A DNA stretch of 64,000 bases from a virus (IMGVR_UViG_3300029798_000001), one strand, 5' to 3'; positions 30,358 through 40,600 are shown, counted from the stretch's first letter. Numbers and translations are program-made. The notes: a model not told the origin generated them from the letters alone.

Positions 30358-32577
30358 ATGGCCACAAACACACCCGCACAGCAACTCTTTGATTTATTAG
30401 TTAGTAGAGATTTTGACCCAGAATTACTGGATGTTAAAGGAATGCCTGCAACTGACCCTGCAGAAGCTGAACTTTTTAACTTTGATTTCCGTGCAGAATC
30501 TGGCAAAGATTATGGCACTGTTGTTGTCCTGCTAGGCAACGACAATAACCTCGAAGTATACTTTGGGGACAATGTAGGTCGTACCATGGAAGGCAACGAC
30601 AAGAATGAATGGTACGCTTTCCTGGAGCAACTCAAACATTTTGCCGTTAAAAACTTCATGGAGTTTAGCCCAAAAAATATCAATCGTCTGCGTTATAGTA
30701 TGCAAGGTCAAGCTGCTATCAAAGAAGGCCTGTTTGAATCTTGGACAGGGACTAAGACACAAAGCTGGAACGGTAACCAAACCGAAGCTCGCTTGATGAT
30801 TAAACATAAAAAGTCATTGGGTGAAACAGATGCCCGTTTCCGCTATGTAGAATCATTGTTTGTAGAAACAGCCGAAGGCGAACGCTACAAATTACCATTT
30901 ACAAAATTAAGTGGCGGCCGCGCCATGGTAGAGCATGTTCGTAATGGTGGCCGGCCATATGATATTCGCGGACAACACATTGTTCAAATAGTAGAAGAAC
31001 TCAACATCCTAAGTCGTTTCCGTAGAGCCAACCAAGGTCGACTATTAGAAGGCGATACTGCACAATTAGTTGAAGACACTAACGCCTACTACGCGACAGC
31101 ACAAAAAACTTTAAAGAGTTTAAGCACTAATCGTGGATATACCGCTTATTTTGAAAGTTGGAATCCAGCAGAGGTTACCGAAGAAGAAGTGGTAATTGAA
31201 GGATTAAAACATTTGTTTGTGACACAGAGCATAGACACAAGAATTGAGCAAGCATTACCCCTGCTGGCTCGCATACAACAACAAGGAAAAGCCATGAAAG
31301 AAGCTAACATATTTGAAGCATGGGCAGAACGCCTATTAGAAGGAACATGGCAGTTGCCAGACACTCCGGAAAAACAAACAGACTTAATTGAGTTAATGAG
31401 CATCGAGCAACCAGTTGGCGCCGATGCTACTAACATCACAGAACAACTGTATGGCTTGTTAGGCGATGATCATTTGTTTGATCAGTTAGAGGAATTAGCC
31501 GAGCGTGATGCCAATGCTGATGCTCGCCAAGTTATTTTTGACCGCATGCAAGAACTAAGTGATCATCCAGATGTGTTGAAAGTTATTGAGCAATTAAACA
31601 TTGATCCTACTGCTGAAATGAATCCTCCCGAAGGCACTCCTGCCGATTTGTCAGCGACACCTCCTGAGCCAAGTGCTCAAGTTCCGGGCGGTCAAGGTAA
31701 CATCAATCGATTGGCAGAAAGCCGAGGCACATTACGGGCTCTTCGCCGGGCTGCCGGTCTACTTAAAGAAAATGTATTAGTGGATGATACAGGTTCGACA
31801 TTCCAACACATTCTTGACACATACAAGCGTGATGTTAAAGACTTTGAAGAAAATGACGAAATGAGTCAAGAACTGCATGATGCATTGTATGACTACTACT
31901 TCGATGACATGCCATACGGTGTTCAAAAAGCTCGCACTGGCGACCCGTATGAATGGGTAGCCGACCGTTTTGCCGCAGACTTGGGCCATCCTGGCGCCGG
32001 ATTTAATAGCCCCGGTGTTCCAGACGAAGACTACGGTCTTGAGCGTGAAAGCGTTATGCACGGTGACTATGCTGAAGAAGCTCGCGATCCACATAGTGTA
32101 GACGGCGGAATGAAAAATCCGTTAATCCAGGACGAAGATGAGGTCGACGAAGAAATATCAGATGAAATTAAAGCAATGGGCCGCAATATCATGGCAGGTC
32201 CTGGTCCTGGCACGATCGAACTCACGGGAGCTTATGGATCTCCTGCAGCTATAGAAATGGGTAAAAATATTTTAGGTTGGCCAGGCGAAGTTAGCACAAC
32301 CCCGGTGCCTGGTGCAAAACCTGGTGCTCCTGCTATGAAAGATATGGGCTCAGTAGTTCCGGCTAATCCTACAGCATTACCTAAACCAACAGGTAGTAGT
32401 GGCGGCACCGGTGCAGATTTACCTAAAGGTATGTTAGGCGGTCCTACAACACCGGTGAATGAAAAAGAAAGTCCACTTGCCGGACAGTATGGACACAGTG
32501 GTAAAATGAAAGAGGTTGGAAAAGAAACCTCATTCCTAGATCGCCTAAAAGAACTTTCTGGAATGGTCCGCCACTAA
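30358..32577 (+). CDS. Large acidic hypothetical protein, probably head-associated
   Basis: 739 aa; ATAAATA 7 nt upstream; many x-x-E sites in the C-terminal half. Confidence 0.7.
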   Translation: MATNTPAQQLFDLLVSRDFDPELLDVKGMPATDPAEAELFNFDFRAESGKDYGTVVVLLGNDNNLEVYFGDNVGRTMEGNDKNEWYAFLEQLKHFAVKNFMEFSPKNINRLRYSMQGQAAIKEGLFESWTGTKTQSWNGNQTEARLMIKHKKSLGETDARFRYVESLFVETAEGERYKLPFTKLSGGRAMVEHVRNGGRPYDIRGQHIVQIVEELNILSRFRRANQGRLLEGDTAQLVEDTNAYYATAQKTLKSLSTNRGYTAYFESWNPAEVTEEEVVIEGLKHLFVTQSIDTRIEQALPLLARIQQQGKAMKEANIFEAWAERLLEGTWQLPDTPEKQTDLIELMSIEQPVGADATNITEQLYGLLGDDHLFDQLEELAERDANADARQVIFDRMQELSDHPDVLKVIEQLNIDPTAEMNPPEGTPADLSATPPEPSAQVPGGQGNINRLAESRGTLRALRRAAGLLKENVLVDDTGSTFQHILDTYKRDVKDFEENDEMSQELHDALYDYYFDDMPYGVQKARTGDPYEWVADRFAADLGHPGAGFNSPGVPDEDYGLERESVMHGDYAEEARDPHSVDGGMKNPLIQDEDEVDEEISDEIKAMGRNIMAGPGPGTIELTGAYGSPAAIEMGKNILGWPGEVSTTPVPGAKPGAPAMKDMGSVVPANPTALPKPTGSSGGTGADLPKGMLGGPTTPVNEKESPLAGQYGHSGKMKEVGKETSFLDRLKELSGMVRH

Positions 32578-32611
32578 TTCAACAATTAGAACAACCGCGA
32601 GATAAATATAC

Positions 32612-32640
32612 TTGACGCTGACAAATAAAGCGTGTACACT
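32612..32640 (+). promoter_or_regulatory. Sigma70-type promoter for the ssb gene (late ATAAATA just upstream at 32602-32608)
   Basis: TTGACG-N17-TACACT. Confidence 0.7.
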
Positions 32641-32700
32641 ACACAAGTGAATACGCTTTTTTCTTTTGTATCACAGGCAACTTAACCTTATTGGTAGTAA

Positions 32701-32730
32701 ACACTGACAGCAGAGTGTATAATCAGCTGT
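32701..32730 (+). promoter_or_regulatory. Predicted H-type RNA pseudoknot in the gp32 leader
   Basis: S1 ACACT/AGTGT, L1 = G, S2 ACAGCAG/CAGCTGT (one A.A mismatch), L2 ATAAT. Confidence 0.55.
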
Positions 32731-32794
32731 AAGGCAACTATTTAAATCATGTATTTAAATCAACATTTTAATCAACTTAGAAAGGCAACATAAA

Positions 32795-33778
32795 ATGGCT
32801 AGTCTCTCAGAAATTCGTGCTCGTTTAGCACAATCAGAAAACAAACAAGGTGGACAATCACAATTCAGCGGTGATAATGCAATTTACCCACATTGGTCCA
32901 TGGATGAAGGTTCTTCAGCAACATTACGATTCCTCCCAGACGGTAATACAAAAAATACATTCTTTTGGCAAGAGCGAGCTCAAATTCGACTCCCGTTCAA
33001 CGGAATCAAAGGCGAGATGGAATCTAAACAAGTCATCGTGCCTGTTCCTTGCGTAGAAATGTATGGCGAAGTTTGCCCAGTTCTTACAGAAGTTCGCACT
33101 TGGTTCAAAGACAAGAGTCTTGAAGAAATGGGTCGTAAGTATTGGAAAAAACGTTCATACATTTTCCAAGGCTTTGTTCGTGAAAACCCAATTGGTGACG
33201 ACAAGGCTCCAGCAAATCCCATCAGAAGATTTATTATCGGACCACAAATCTTTACCTTGATCAAAGGTGCATTGATGGATCCAGAATTGGAAGAATTGCC
33301 AACAGATTTACTGCGTGGCCTAGACTTCCGTATTAGCAAGACTGCCAAAGGTGGCTTTGCTGACTACTCTAGTTCTAAGTGGGCTCGCAAAGAATCAGCA
33401 CTTACAGAAGCTGAACAAGCGGCAATCGCCGAACACGGGTTGTTTGATCTTTCAACATTCTTGCCTAAGAAACCAGGCGAAGTTGAGCTCAAGGTTATTA
33501 AAGAAATGTTTGAAGCGTCAGTTGATGGTCAGAGTTACGACACAGAGCGTTGGGGTCAGTATTTCCGCCCAGCAGGTGTTAATGCTCCGGCAGGTGCGGC
33601 TACACCAGCACCAGCAGTAACCGATGTTGATGATGTTCCTGCAGCTAAACCGGCTCCGGTAGCTTCAAGTTTTGATGATGAGGAACCAGCAGTTGCGGCA
33701 GCACCTGTTACGGCTAAACCATCGTCAGATAAAGCTCAAGATATTTTAGCAATGATCAGGGCCCGTCAAAAAGCCTAA
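32795..33778 (+). CDS. Single-stranded DNA-binding protein, gp32-like
   Basis: LRFLPDG, VPCVEMYGEVCPV, RKYWKKRSY, FADYSSSKW; acidic tail. Confidence 0.92.
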   Translation: MASLSEIRARLAQSENKQGGQSQFSGDNAIYPHWSMDEGSSATLRFLPDGNTKNTFFWQERAQIRLPFNGIKGEMESKQVIVPVPCVEMYGEVCPVLTEVRTWFKDKSLEEMGRKYWKKRSYIFQGFVRENPIGDDKAPANPIRRFIIGPQIFTLIKGALMDPELEELPTDLLRGLDFRISKTAKGGFADYSSSKWARKESALTEAEQAAIAEHGLFDLSTFLPKKPGEVELKVIKEMFEASVDGQSYDTERWGQYFRPAGVNAPAGAATPAPAVTDVDDVPAAKPAPVASSFDDEEPAVAAAPVTAKPSSDKAQDILAMIRARQKA

Positions 33779-33781
33779 GTA

Positions 33782-34438
33782 ATGTTATCGCATTTAGATC
33801 GCATTATATTTCCAGACCGCTGTGAGGTAATAGAAGTTATACCGTCACAGCGGTATGTCTATCCTATTTTTAAAAATGGTAGATCAAGTTTATCTGAGGC
33901 TGCCGACAAGAATAATTGGCGGATTAGAATAAATAATCAAATTAAAAAAATTGATAGTATCGATGTAATTTTAAGAGATCCGCAAGACCGGTTAATTTCT
34001 GGAATCAATACCTTTATTCAAATGATCATTAGAGATAATCCGAGTCTCGATAAAAATACCGTGCAATGGTTCGCTCAAAATTATTTATATTTAAATCGGC
34101 ACTACTGTTCACAGTTTGTTTGGTTGGTAAATTTAGCAAGATATTTAAATATTGATGCAAAATTAAATTTCCTATCAATGGCTGATATTAATACAATTAC
34201 TATACTTAATAAACAACCGGTAGCTATATCTGCTACTAATGAGTTAGTTGCACAAATTAATCAAATACAAAATAATGAAATGTATCAACGAATCGACACA
34301 GTTATATTTAATTCTATTGGTCAATCAATGACCTTTAGAGAATTAATACAACATATTAAAAATACCGATCTAGCAGCTCACGAATATGTGATTGGGTATG
34401 CACAACAAATTTTAAAGCCAATTAATGCATTGTCCTAG
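33782..34438 (+). CDS. Sulfotransferase-fold protein
   Basis: YPIFKNGRSSL (5'-PSB-like) and ILRDPQDRLISG (3'-PB-like). Confidence 0.55.
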   Translation: MLSHLDRIIFPDRCEVIEVIPSQRYVYPIFKNGRSSLSEAADKNNWRIRINNQIKKIDSIDVILRDPQDRLISGINTFIQMIIRDNPSLDKNTVQWFAQNYLYLNRHYCSQFVWLVNLARYLNIDAKLNFLSMADINTITILNKQPVAISATNELVAQINQIQNNEMYQRIDTVIFNSIGQSMTFRELIQHIKNTDLAAHEYVIGYAQQILKPINALS

Positions 34439-35300
34439 ACTAGATCACTTTGTTCGCTTTAATCACAACGGTACAGTTAGTCGGTGTGGACACATGGTCA
34501 ATCCACCTGAGTTTGACTCATTGTTGGACATGGAATCGAGTATATGGTTGGCAAAAACCAAAGAAAAGATGTCAAACAATCACTGGCCCACGGAATGTGT
34601 CAGATGTCACCAAACCGAACCCGATAGCATAAGAGAGTATGCTATAAAATTAAATAATCAAACAGCACAGCAAGATTATCTACAAGTAGGGGGTGTATTA
34701 GATAATTTATGTAATGCCGCTTGTCAAACTTGTAATGAAAATTTAAGTAGTAGAATAGGTAGTCTAAATGGTCCTGGATTTCCAATAATTAATAATCTCG
34801 GTCAATTTTATAATTTGCCACAAGAGCGAATTGTCCACTTAGATGTCAACGGCGGCGAACCTAGTTATAGTAAAAACTATAAGAAAATTTTATCTAACTT
34901 ACCACCCAATTTAAAAACACTTAGACTGAATACAAATTGTAGCACAGTATTAACTGAGTTAGTTAATATAGCCAATCAAGGCATTGAAGTTACCGTTACA
35001 GTTAGTTGTGACGGAATAGGATCAGTTCATGATTTTGTGCGTTGGCCAATACCATGGCAAGACTTTTATAATAATTTAATGACTTATAAAACAATGCCAG
35101 TAAACTTAAATTTATGGACAACAGTTAGTATTTTAAATGTCGACGATTTACCTAATATTCAAAAGTTTGCCCAAGAGCATAATATTGATCACAGTTACGC
35201 CTATTTAAAATCGCCATTTGAGTTGAGTGTCGATAATACTGATGCTGGTGCCAGAGAAGCATACATACAAAAACAAAAACAACTTAGGGGTATATTATGA
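34425..35300 (+). CDS. Radical SAM enzyme with N-terminal Cys-rich region
   Basis: CNAACQTC, GGEP, LNTNC, VSCDG; N-terminal CPRL..RCGH..ECVRC. Confidence 0.85.
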   Translation: MHCPRLDHFVRFNHNGTVSRCGHMVNPPEFDSLLDMESSIWLAKTKEKMSNNHWPTECVRCHQTEPDSIREYAIKLNNQTAQQDYLQVGGVLDNLCNAACQTCNENLSSRIGSLNGPGFPIINNLGQFYNLPQERIVHLDVNGGEPSYSKNYKKILSNLPPNLKTLRLNTNCSTVLTELVNIANQGIEVTVTVSCDGIGSVHDFVRWPIPWQDFYNNLMTYKTMPVNLNLWTTVSILNVDDLPNIQKFAQEHNIDHSYAYLKSPFELSVDNTDAGAREAYIQKQKQLRGIL

Positions 35301-35872
35301 ATACAAATATATTTAAACCGTATCTAGAATTGAAATGCGATAATCTAGAAGTAATATCGGCTAACATTTACAAATTTTTACAAACCGAAACAGAATTAAC
35401 AACCAACGGTGCACTTGGTTGGCAATTTATTGACTGTAAAAAATTATTAAAAATGAATACAGAATTATTAAAATTTTTTATAGGGCATAAACTAGCACCA
35501 AAAGATGCAGCAGTTGTAATTTTAACAGAAACAGGACAACTTCCGTTACATATGGATGAATTACCAGTGACAGCAAAAATTAATATGCCGGTAATTAATA
35601 CTAGCGGCTGGGTAAACCAATGGTATTCGATCAGCGAGGATGATTTAATAGATTGCCCAACGGTAATTAATCGATTCGGTAACAGTGTTGAGGATTTAAC
35701 AAATTTGCCAGCAGAAGCATTTACTCTGATAGCTGAAATACATAATTTAGATAAAGTAATAGCATTTAATTCAAGGATTCCTCATGTTGTAAACAAAACT
35801 ACAGCCACTATAACTCCTCGGATTATAGCTACTTTTACATTTCATAATGAACCACTGGAGTTATTAAAATAA
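35297..35872 (+). CDS. Putative 2OG-Fe(II) oxygenase-like protein
   Basis: LPLHMD (HxD), KINMPV, FNSRIPHVV (distal His), PRII. Confidence 0.55.
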   Translation: MNTNIFKPYLELKCDNLEVISANIYKFLQTETELTTNGALGWQFIDCKKLLKMNTELLKFFIGHKLAPKDAAVVILTETGQLPLHMDELPVTAKINMPVINTSGWVNQWYSISEDDLIDCPTVINRFGNSVEDLTNLPAEAFTLIAEIHNLDKVIAFNSRIPHVVNKTTATITPRIIATFTFHNEPLELLK

Positions 35873-36408
35873 AAATTGCAATCACCGGGCATACTGCTGG
35901 TATTGGGGAAGCTCTTGCCCGGGCATATAGTATTGATGGTCACGAAATTGTTGGATTGAGCAACCGCGAAGGCAATAATATTCGTAACACACTTAAAATT
36001 TGTAACCAAATTGAACCATGCGATGTTTTTGTTAATAACGCACAAGCTGGATATGCACAAACAGAATTATTATTCGAAATGGTCACTCGCTGGCAAGGAA
36101 CAAAAAAACATATTATTGTAATTAGCACTATGATGACACAAGAACCAGTATCATCAATTTCCGAATTAGTTACGGATCATTATCGTGTGCAAAAAGTTGC
36201 CTTAGAAGAAGCAGTGCATCAAATACGACATCGCCGACTTGGAGTAACAATTACTATAGTTCGTCCTGGTAATATAGCTACTAGTCTAGATAAAACTGTA
36301 CCACCAGCCGCGGATGTTAACAATTGGGCAAGAACATTATTGGATTTAGTTGATATGGCCAATAACAATAATTTAGTAATACCAGATATATCATTAGGAG
36401 CACTATGA
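35869..36408 (+). CDS. Short-chain dehydrogenase/reductase-like protein; apparent start codon is ATA at 35869
   Basis: Frame upstream of the track start reads (I)KIAITGHTAGIGEALA; FVNNA, YRVQK; paralogous to the next gene; GGAG 8 nt upstream of the ATA. Confidence 0.7.
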   Translation: MKIAITGHTAGIGEALARAYSIDGHEIVGLSNREGNNIRNTLKICNQIEPCDVFVNNAQAGYAQTELLFEMVTRWQGTKKHIIVISTMMTQEPVSSISELVTDHYRVQKVALEEAVHQIRHRRLGVTITIVRPGNIATSLDKTVPPAADVNNWARTLLDLVDMANNNNLVIPDISLGAL

Positions 36409-36953
36409 AAATAGCAATTACAGGACATACTCGCGGACTTGGAGCAGAATTTAAAAAAACATACGAAGCCGATGGCCACACAGTATTAGGATTTAGTCGT
36501 GGTAATGGATACGATCTAAGAGATTGGAGCATGATGCAAAAAATGTTGTCGCAAATCAACGACTGCGATATGTTTATTAGCTGTGCTAAACCTGATTTTG
36601 TACAAACAACTATTTTATATGAGTTATGGAAACAGTGGAACGGACAAAATAAAGTTATTATAAATATTAGTTCTATTTTAACATATTTGCCAACTTGTAC
36701 GCCTGATTTATTTAATGACCCGATGATGGATTTATATCGCACATCAAAATTATCGTTAAACGAAGCTAGTACGCAACTGGCGTTTAAAAGCCACCTGCCT
36801 AAAATTATGTTAATAAAACCCGGGCATTTATACAATCGGCCTATAACAACAGAGCAACAATTAAAACTATCTACATGGGTTAGTACTTTTAAATCTATAG
36901 TAGAATTAGCACAACAAAACAAGTTAATCATAAAAGAACTTACACTAGCATAA
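36405..36953 (+). CDS. Short-chain dehydrogenase/reductase-like protein
   Basis: MKIAITGHTRGLG Rossmann motif, IINISS, YRTSK (YxxxK). Confidence 0.8.
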   Translation: MKIAITGHTRGLGAEFKKTYEADGHTVLGFSRGNGYDLRDWSMMQKMLSQINDCDMFISCAKPDFVQTTILYELWKQWNGQNKVIINISSILTYLPTCTPDLFNDPMMDLYRTSKLSLNEASTQLAFKSHLPKIMLIKPGHLYNRPITTEQQLKLSTWVSTFKSIVELAQQNKLIIKELTLA

Positions 36954-38113
36954 TGACACCAAAAGAATATTTAACTAAAAAAAGTTTTTGTACTTTGCCA
37001 TGGTTGGGAGTTTATATACAGCCCGATGGAGGTGTACGAAATTGTGCTATTACAAAAACAACTATAGGTAATATAAACACACAACCATTGATTGATATAT
37101 TACACAATGATGTTAATCAAAATATTAAAAAAGATATGTTAGAGGATGTATTACATGAAAGATGTAGTCACTGCCATGGATTGGAAAAAAATCAAAAATT
37201 TAGTGTAAACTCGATTAGTAATCGAGTTTGGTATTTAAAAACATTAACTATTAAAGATTTGGATTTTTTTGACAAAACTGAAAACTATCGATTAAAAATG
37301 TTAGATCTTCGTTGGAAAAATACCTGTAACTTTGCTTGTATATATTGTGGTCCTGATTTAAGTAGCTCGTGGGCAAACGAATTAAATCTGCCACAACATA
37401 TAAACGATACTGCATTACAACAATCGTTGGATTACATTTACGATAATCTTAGCACAGTGGATCACATTTATTTGGCTGGCGGAGAGCCATTGATGATTAA
37501 AGAAAATTTAGTATTATTAACTCGAATTAAAAAAATTAATCCCGAAGTAGAAATACGAATTAACACTAATTTAAGTTTAATTAATAATGAAATTTATAAT
37601 TTGCTTAAGACATTTAAAAATGTACATTGGACAGTTAGTGTTGATGGCATTGGATCAGAATTTGAATATGTTCGATACGGCGGAGTCTGGAGTCAGTTTG
37701 TTACAAATTTACAACAATTGCAACAGGATTTTGAAAAAATTAATTTTAATTCTACTTGGTGTATTTTAACAGCCCACGGTGTTTTAGATTGTATAGATTT
37801 TTTACAAAATTTAGGATTCCATGAAAATTGTTTTATTGTAAATCCGTTGGATGATCCTAAGGTATGGCATGTAGGACATTTGCCCAATTTAGCATTATCA
37901 AAACTTAGTGATAGAATTAAGAGCAAATTGACCGGGGCTAACACTAACTATTCTCTTTACAATTCGTTGACTTTAATGTTAAACTATATATCAACGCCGA
38001 TTGAAAAAAATATTAAAGCAACATTTAATGAATTAACCAAAATTGATTTAAGAAGAAAATTAGACAGCAGTAAGATTTTTACAGAATTATATAAACTTAA
38101 AGAAGGAAAATAA
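36953..38113 (+). CDS. Radical SAM enzyme with N-terminal SPASM/twitch-like region
   Basis: CNFACIYC, AGGEP, INTNL, VSVDG; N-terminal FCTLPW..PDG.VRNC..RCSHC. Confidence 0.88.
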   Translation: MTPKEYLTKKSFCTLPWLGVYIQPDGGVRNCAITKTTIGNINTQPLIDILHNDVNQNIKKDMLEDVLHERCSHCHGLEKNQKFSVNSISNRVWYLKTLTIKDLDFFDKTENYRLKMLDLRWKNTCNFACIYCGPDLSSSWANELNLPQHINDTALQQSLDYIYDNLSTVDHIYLAGGEPLMIKENLVLLTRIKKINPEVEIRINTNLSLINNEIYNLLKTFKNVHWTVSVDGIGSEFEYVRYGGVWSQFVTNLQQLQQDFEKINFNSTWCILTAHGVLDCIDFLQNLGFHENCFIVNPLDDPKVWHVGHLPNLALSKLSDRIKSKLTGANTNYSLYNSLTLMLNYISTPIEKNIKATFNELTKIDLRRKLDSSKIFTELYKLKEGK

Positions 38114-38115
38114 CC

Positions 38116-39174
38116 GTGGCAAAACCATTTGACATATCAAAGTTCCGCAAGGACATTACAAAAAGTATCGAAGGCCTAAGCATTGGATTCAATGATCCAA
38201 CCGATTGGATCTCAACAGGCAACTTTGCCTTGAATTATCTTATTAGTGGAGATTTTAATCGAGGTATTCCGTTGGGCAAGATTACAGTGTTTGCTGGTGA
38301 GTCTGGTGCAGGTAAATCCTACATCTGTTCCGGTAATATTGTTAAGAATGCACAAGAGCAAGGCATCTTTGTTATCCTAGTCGACACAGAAAATGCACTT
38401 GACGAAACATGGCTCCATGCCCTGGGAGTAGACACAAGTGCAGAAAAATTACTTAAACTAAACATGAGCATGATTGATGATGTGGCCAAGGCTATTTCAA
38501 CTTTTATGATTGACTATAAAGCATTACCCGACGGCGAACGCATGAAAGTGTTGTGGGTTATTGACTCCTTGGGTATGTTATTAACTCCAACCGATGTTAA
38601 TCAATTCGAAGCAGGTGATATGAAGGGTGATATGGGCCGTAAACCTAAAGCACTTACAAGTCTTGTTCGTAATTCCGTTAACATGTTCGGTGGCTACAAT
38701 GTAGGCATGGTATGTACCAATCACACATACGCTTCACAAGACATGTTCGATCCAGATGACAAGATTAGTGGTGGACAAGGTTTTATCTATGCTAGTAGTA
38801 TTGTGGTTGCAATGAAGAAGATGAAACTTAAAGAAGACGAAGATGGAAACAAGATTTCTGAAGTTATGGGTATCCGTGCTGGTTGTAAGGTAATGAAAAC
38901 CCGTTACGCAAAACCGTTTGAAGGTATGCAGGTTAAAATTCCTTATGAAACAGGTATGAATCCCTACAGTGGACTAACTGATCTTGCAGAGAAAAAAGGT
39001 ATTCTTAAGAAAGATGGCAATCGTTTGATGTTTGTTACCAGCGACGGTGAAATTATTAAACAATTCCGCAAGGCTTGGGAAGCAAACGACGACGGTTGTC
39101 TAGACAAAGTGATGTTAGATTTTAAAAATCAACGCGAAACGGTAAGTACTGAAGACACAGCATCGGAGGAATAA
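38116..39174 (+). CDS. uvsX: RecA-like recombinase (UvsX)
   Basis: GESGAGKS Walker A, VDTENA, IDSLG, SGGQGFIYASS, KTRYAKPF. Confidence 0.93.
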   Translation: MAKPFDISKFRKDITKSIEGLSIGFNDPTDWISTGNFALNYLISGDFNRGIPLGKITVFAGESGAGKSYICSGNIVKNAQEQGIFVILVDTENALDETWLHALGVDTSAEKLLKLNMSMIDDVAKAISTFMIDYKALPDGERMKVLWVIDSLGMLLTPTDVNQFEAGDMKGDMGRKPKALTSLVRNSVNMFGGYNVGMVCTNHTYASQDMFDPDDKISGGQGFIYASSIVVAMKKMKLKEDEDGNKISEVMGIRAGCKVMKTRYAKPFEGMQVKIPYETGMNPYSGLTDLAEKKGILKKDGNRLMFVTSDGEIIKQFRKAWEANDDGCLDKVMLDFKNQRETVSTEDTASEE

Positions 39175-39176
39175 TA

Positions 39177-39431
39177 ATGTCAGTAGAATTAGCAAACGAA
39201 ATTTGGTCGGAACTTAAACGATATGTTAACACAGTAGATCGTGCCGACGCGGCAGAGACAGTGGTTAGTGTATTAATTGATAATGATGTTAGTGCAGATG
39301 ATATTAAGTTAGCCTTTAAAAGCGACAGCGATATTAAAAAAGCACTAACAAGTTATCTTAAAGATCACGAAGACGAACACGATGATGACGATTTGCACGA
39401 CGACGATGACGAGGACGAGGAGTATTACTAG
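39177..39431 (+). CDS. Small acidic hypothetical protein
   Basis: 84 aa, D/E-rich tail. Confidence 0.7.
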   Translation: MSVELANEIWSELKRYVNTVDRADAAETVVSVLIDNDVSADDIKLAFKSDSDIKKALTSYLKDHEDEHDDDDLHDDDDEDEEYY

Positions 39432-39433
39432 GC

Positions 39434-40591
39434 ATGAGTTTTCCATCTGATGACTTTTACTGTAATCAAAAATTTAATTGGTTGTCAGTTGATCTTGAAA
39501 AAAGATTAACATATTCTTGTTGTGCTGCCGTTCCTGCTAAAATTGATGTATTGTGGCTTAACAAAAACCCTGGAAAACTTTTTAATACGCCTCAGCTAAT
39601 ACACGAGCGGCAGTTGATGCTTAATAATATTCCCGTCGCCAGTTGTAAAACTGCTTGTTGGGATCCGGAGCAACAGGGTCTAGTAAGTCGCCGTGCCCTA
39701 TGGAAAAGCAATATTAAAACACACAGTAATTTAGAGTCGCACCCGACAACATTAAACATTATTTTAGGATCTAACTGTAATTTAACTTGTTCGTATTGCG
39801 ATAAACAATATAGCACCTCGTGGTTGCAGGATATTAATAATGTCGGGCCATATCTCGATATTCCTAAATTTAAATTAACGCCAGTGGATCAGCTAATATT
39901 AAATATTAGTCAAAAAGAACATCAAGACTCACCCGGGTTTAACACATTAATTAATGAAATTGAATCATTTGATAATATAGATCAAATAATTATTACTGGC
40001 GGCGAGCCATTTTTATTTAATAATCTGCCCTCATTATTAAATAAGTTGCACACCGCCGCAAAGATTAGGGTATATACAGGTCTGGGCGTTAATACTACAC
40101 GGCTAAAAACCCAGCTTGACAAAATTAATAAAGTTGAAAATTTAACTATAGTTGTTAGTGCAGAGAATATTGGTAAATTTTATGAATTCAACAGATATGG
40201 AAATAGTTACGATAATTTTTGTAAAAATCTTAACTTGCTACGAGAGTACAAAGTTAATCTTAAGTTTAGCGCAGTAGTAAGTAATTTAACTATTTTTGGA
40301 TTAGTTGATTTTGTAGAGCAGTACGGTGACGAAAATATAATTTATCAGTTATGCAACGATCCAACATATCTAAAAGTTAATGTCCTAGATTTAACAAGTG
40401 TGGATAAGTTAATTCCTGCAATCAAATCAAGCAACATTTTAATTAAAGATGCGATTATACAAAATTTAAAAATCTCAAGCACAAAAGAACAACAGCAACA
40501 CTGTTCAATTTTTCTGAAAGAATTTGCTCGTAGGCGTAATTTAAATCTTGACATTTTCCCTCACAGTATGTTACAATGGTTAAATCTATAA
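39434..40591 (+). CDS. Radical SAM enzyme with N-terminal Cys-rich region
   Basis: CNLTCSYC, TGGEP, YTGL, VSAE; N-terminal YCNQKF..SCC..SCKTAC. Confidence 0.85.
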   Translation: MSFPSDDFYCNQKFNWLSVDLEKRLTYSCCAAVPAKIDVLWLNKNPGKLFNTPQLIHERQLMLNNIPVASCKTACWDPEQQGLVSRRALWKSNIKTHSNLESHPTTLNIILGSNCNLTCSYCDKQYSTSWLQDINNVGPYLDIPKFKLTPVDQLILNISQKEHQDSPGFNTLINEIESFDNIDQIIITGGEPFLFNNLPSLLNKLHTAAKIRVYTGLGVNTTRLKTQLDKINKVENLTIVVSAENIGKFYEFNRYGNSYDNFCKNLNLLREYKVNLKFSAVVSNLTIFGLVDFVEQYGDENIIYQLCNDPTYLKVNVLDLTSVDKLIPAIKSSNILIKDAIIQNLKISSTKEQQQHCSIFLKEFARRRNLNLDIFPHSMLQWLNL

Positions 40592-40600
40592 AGGATTAGA

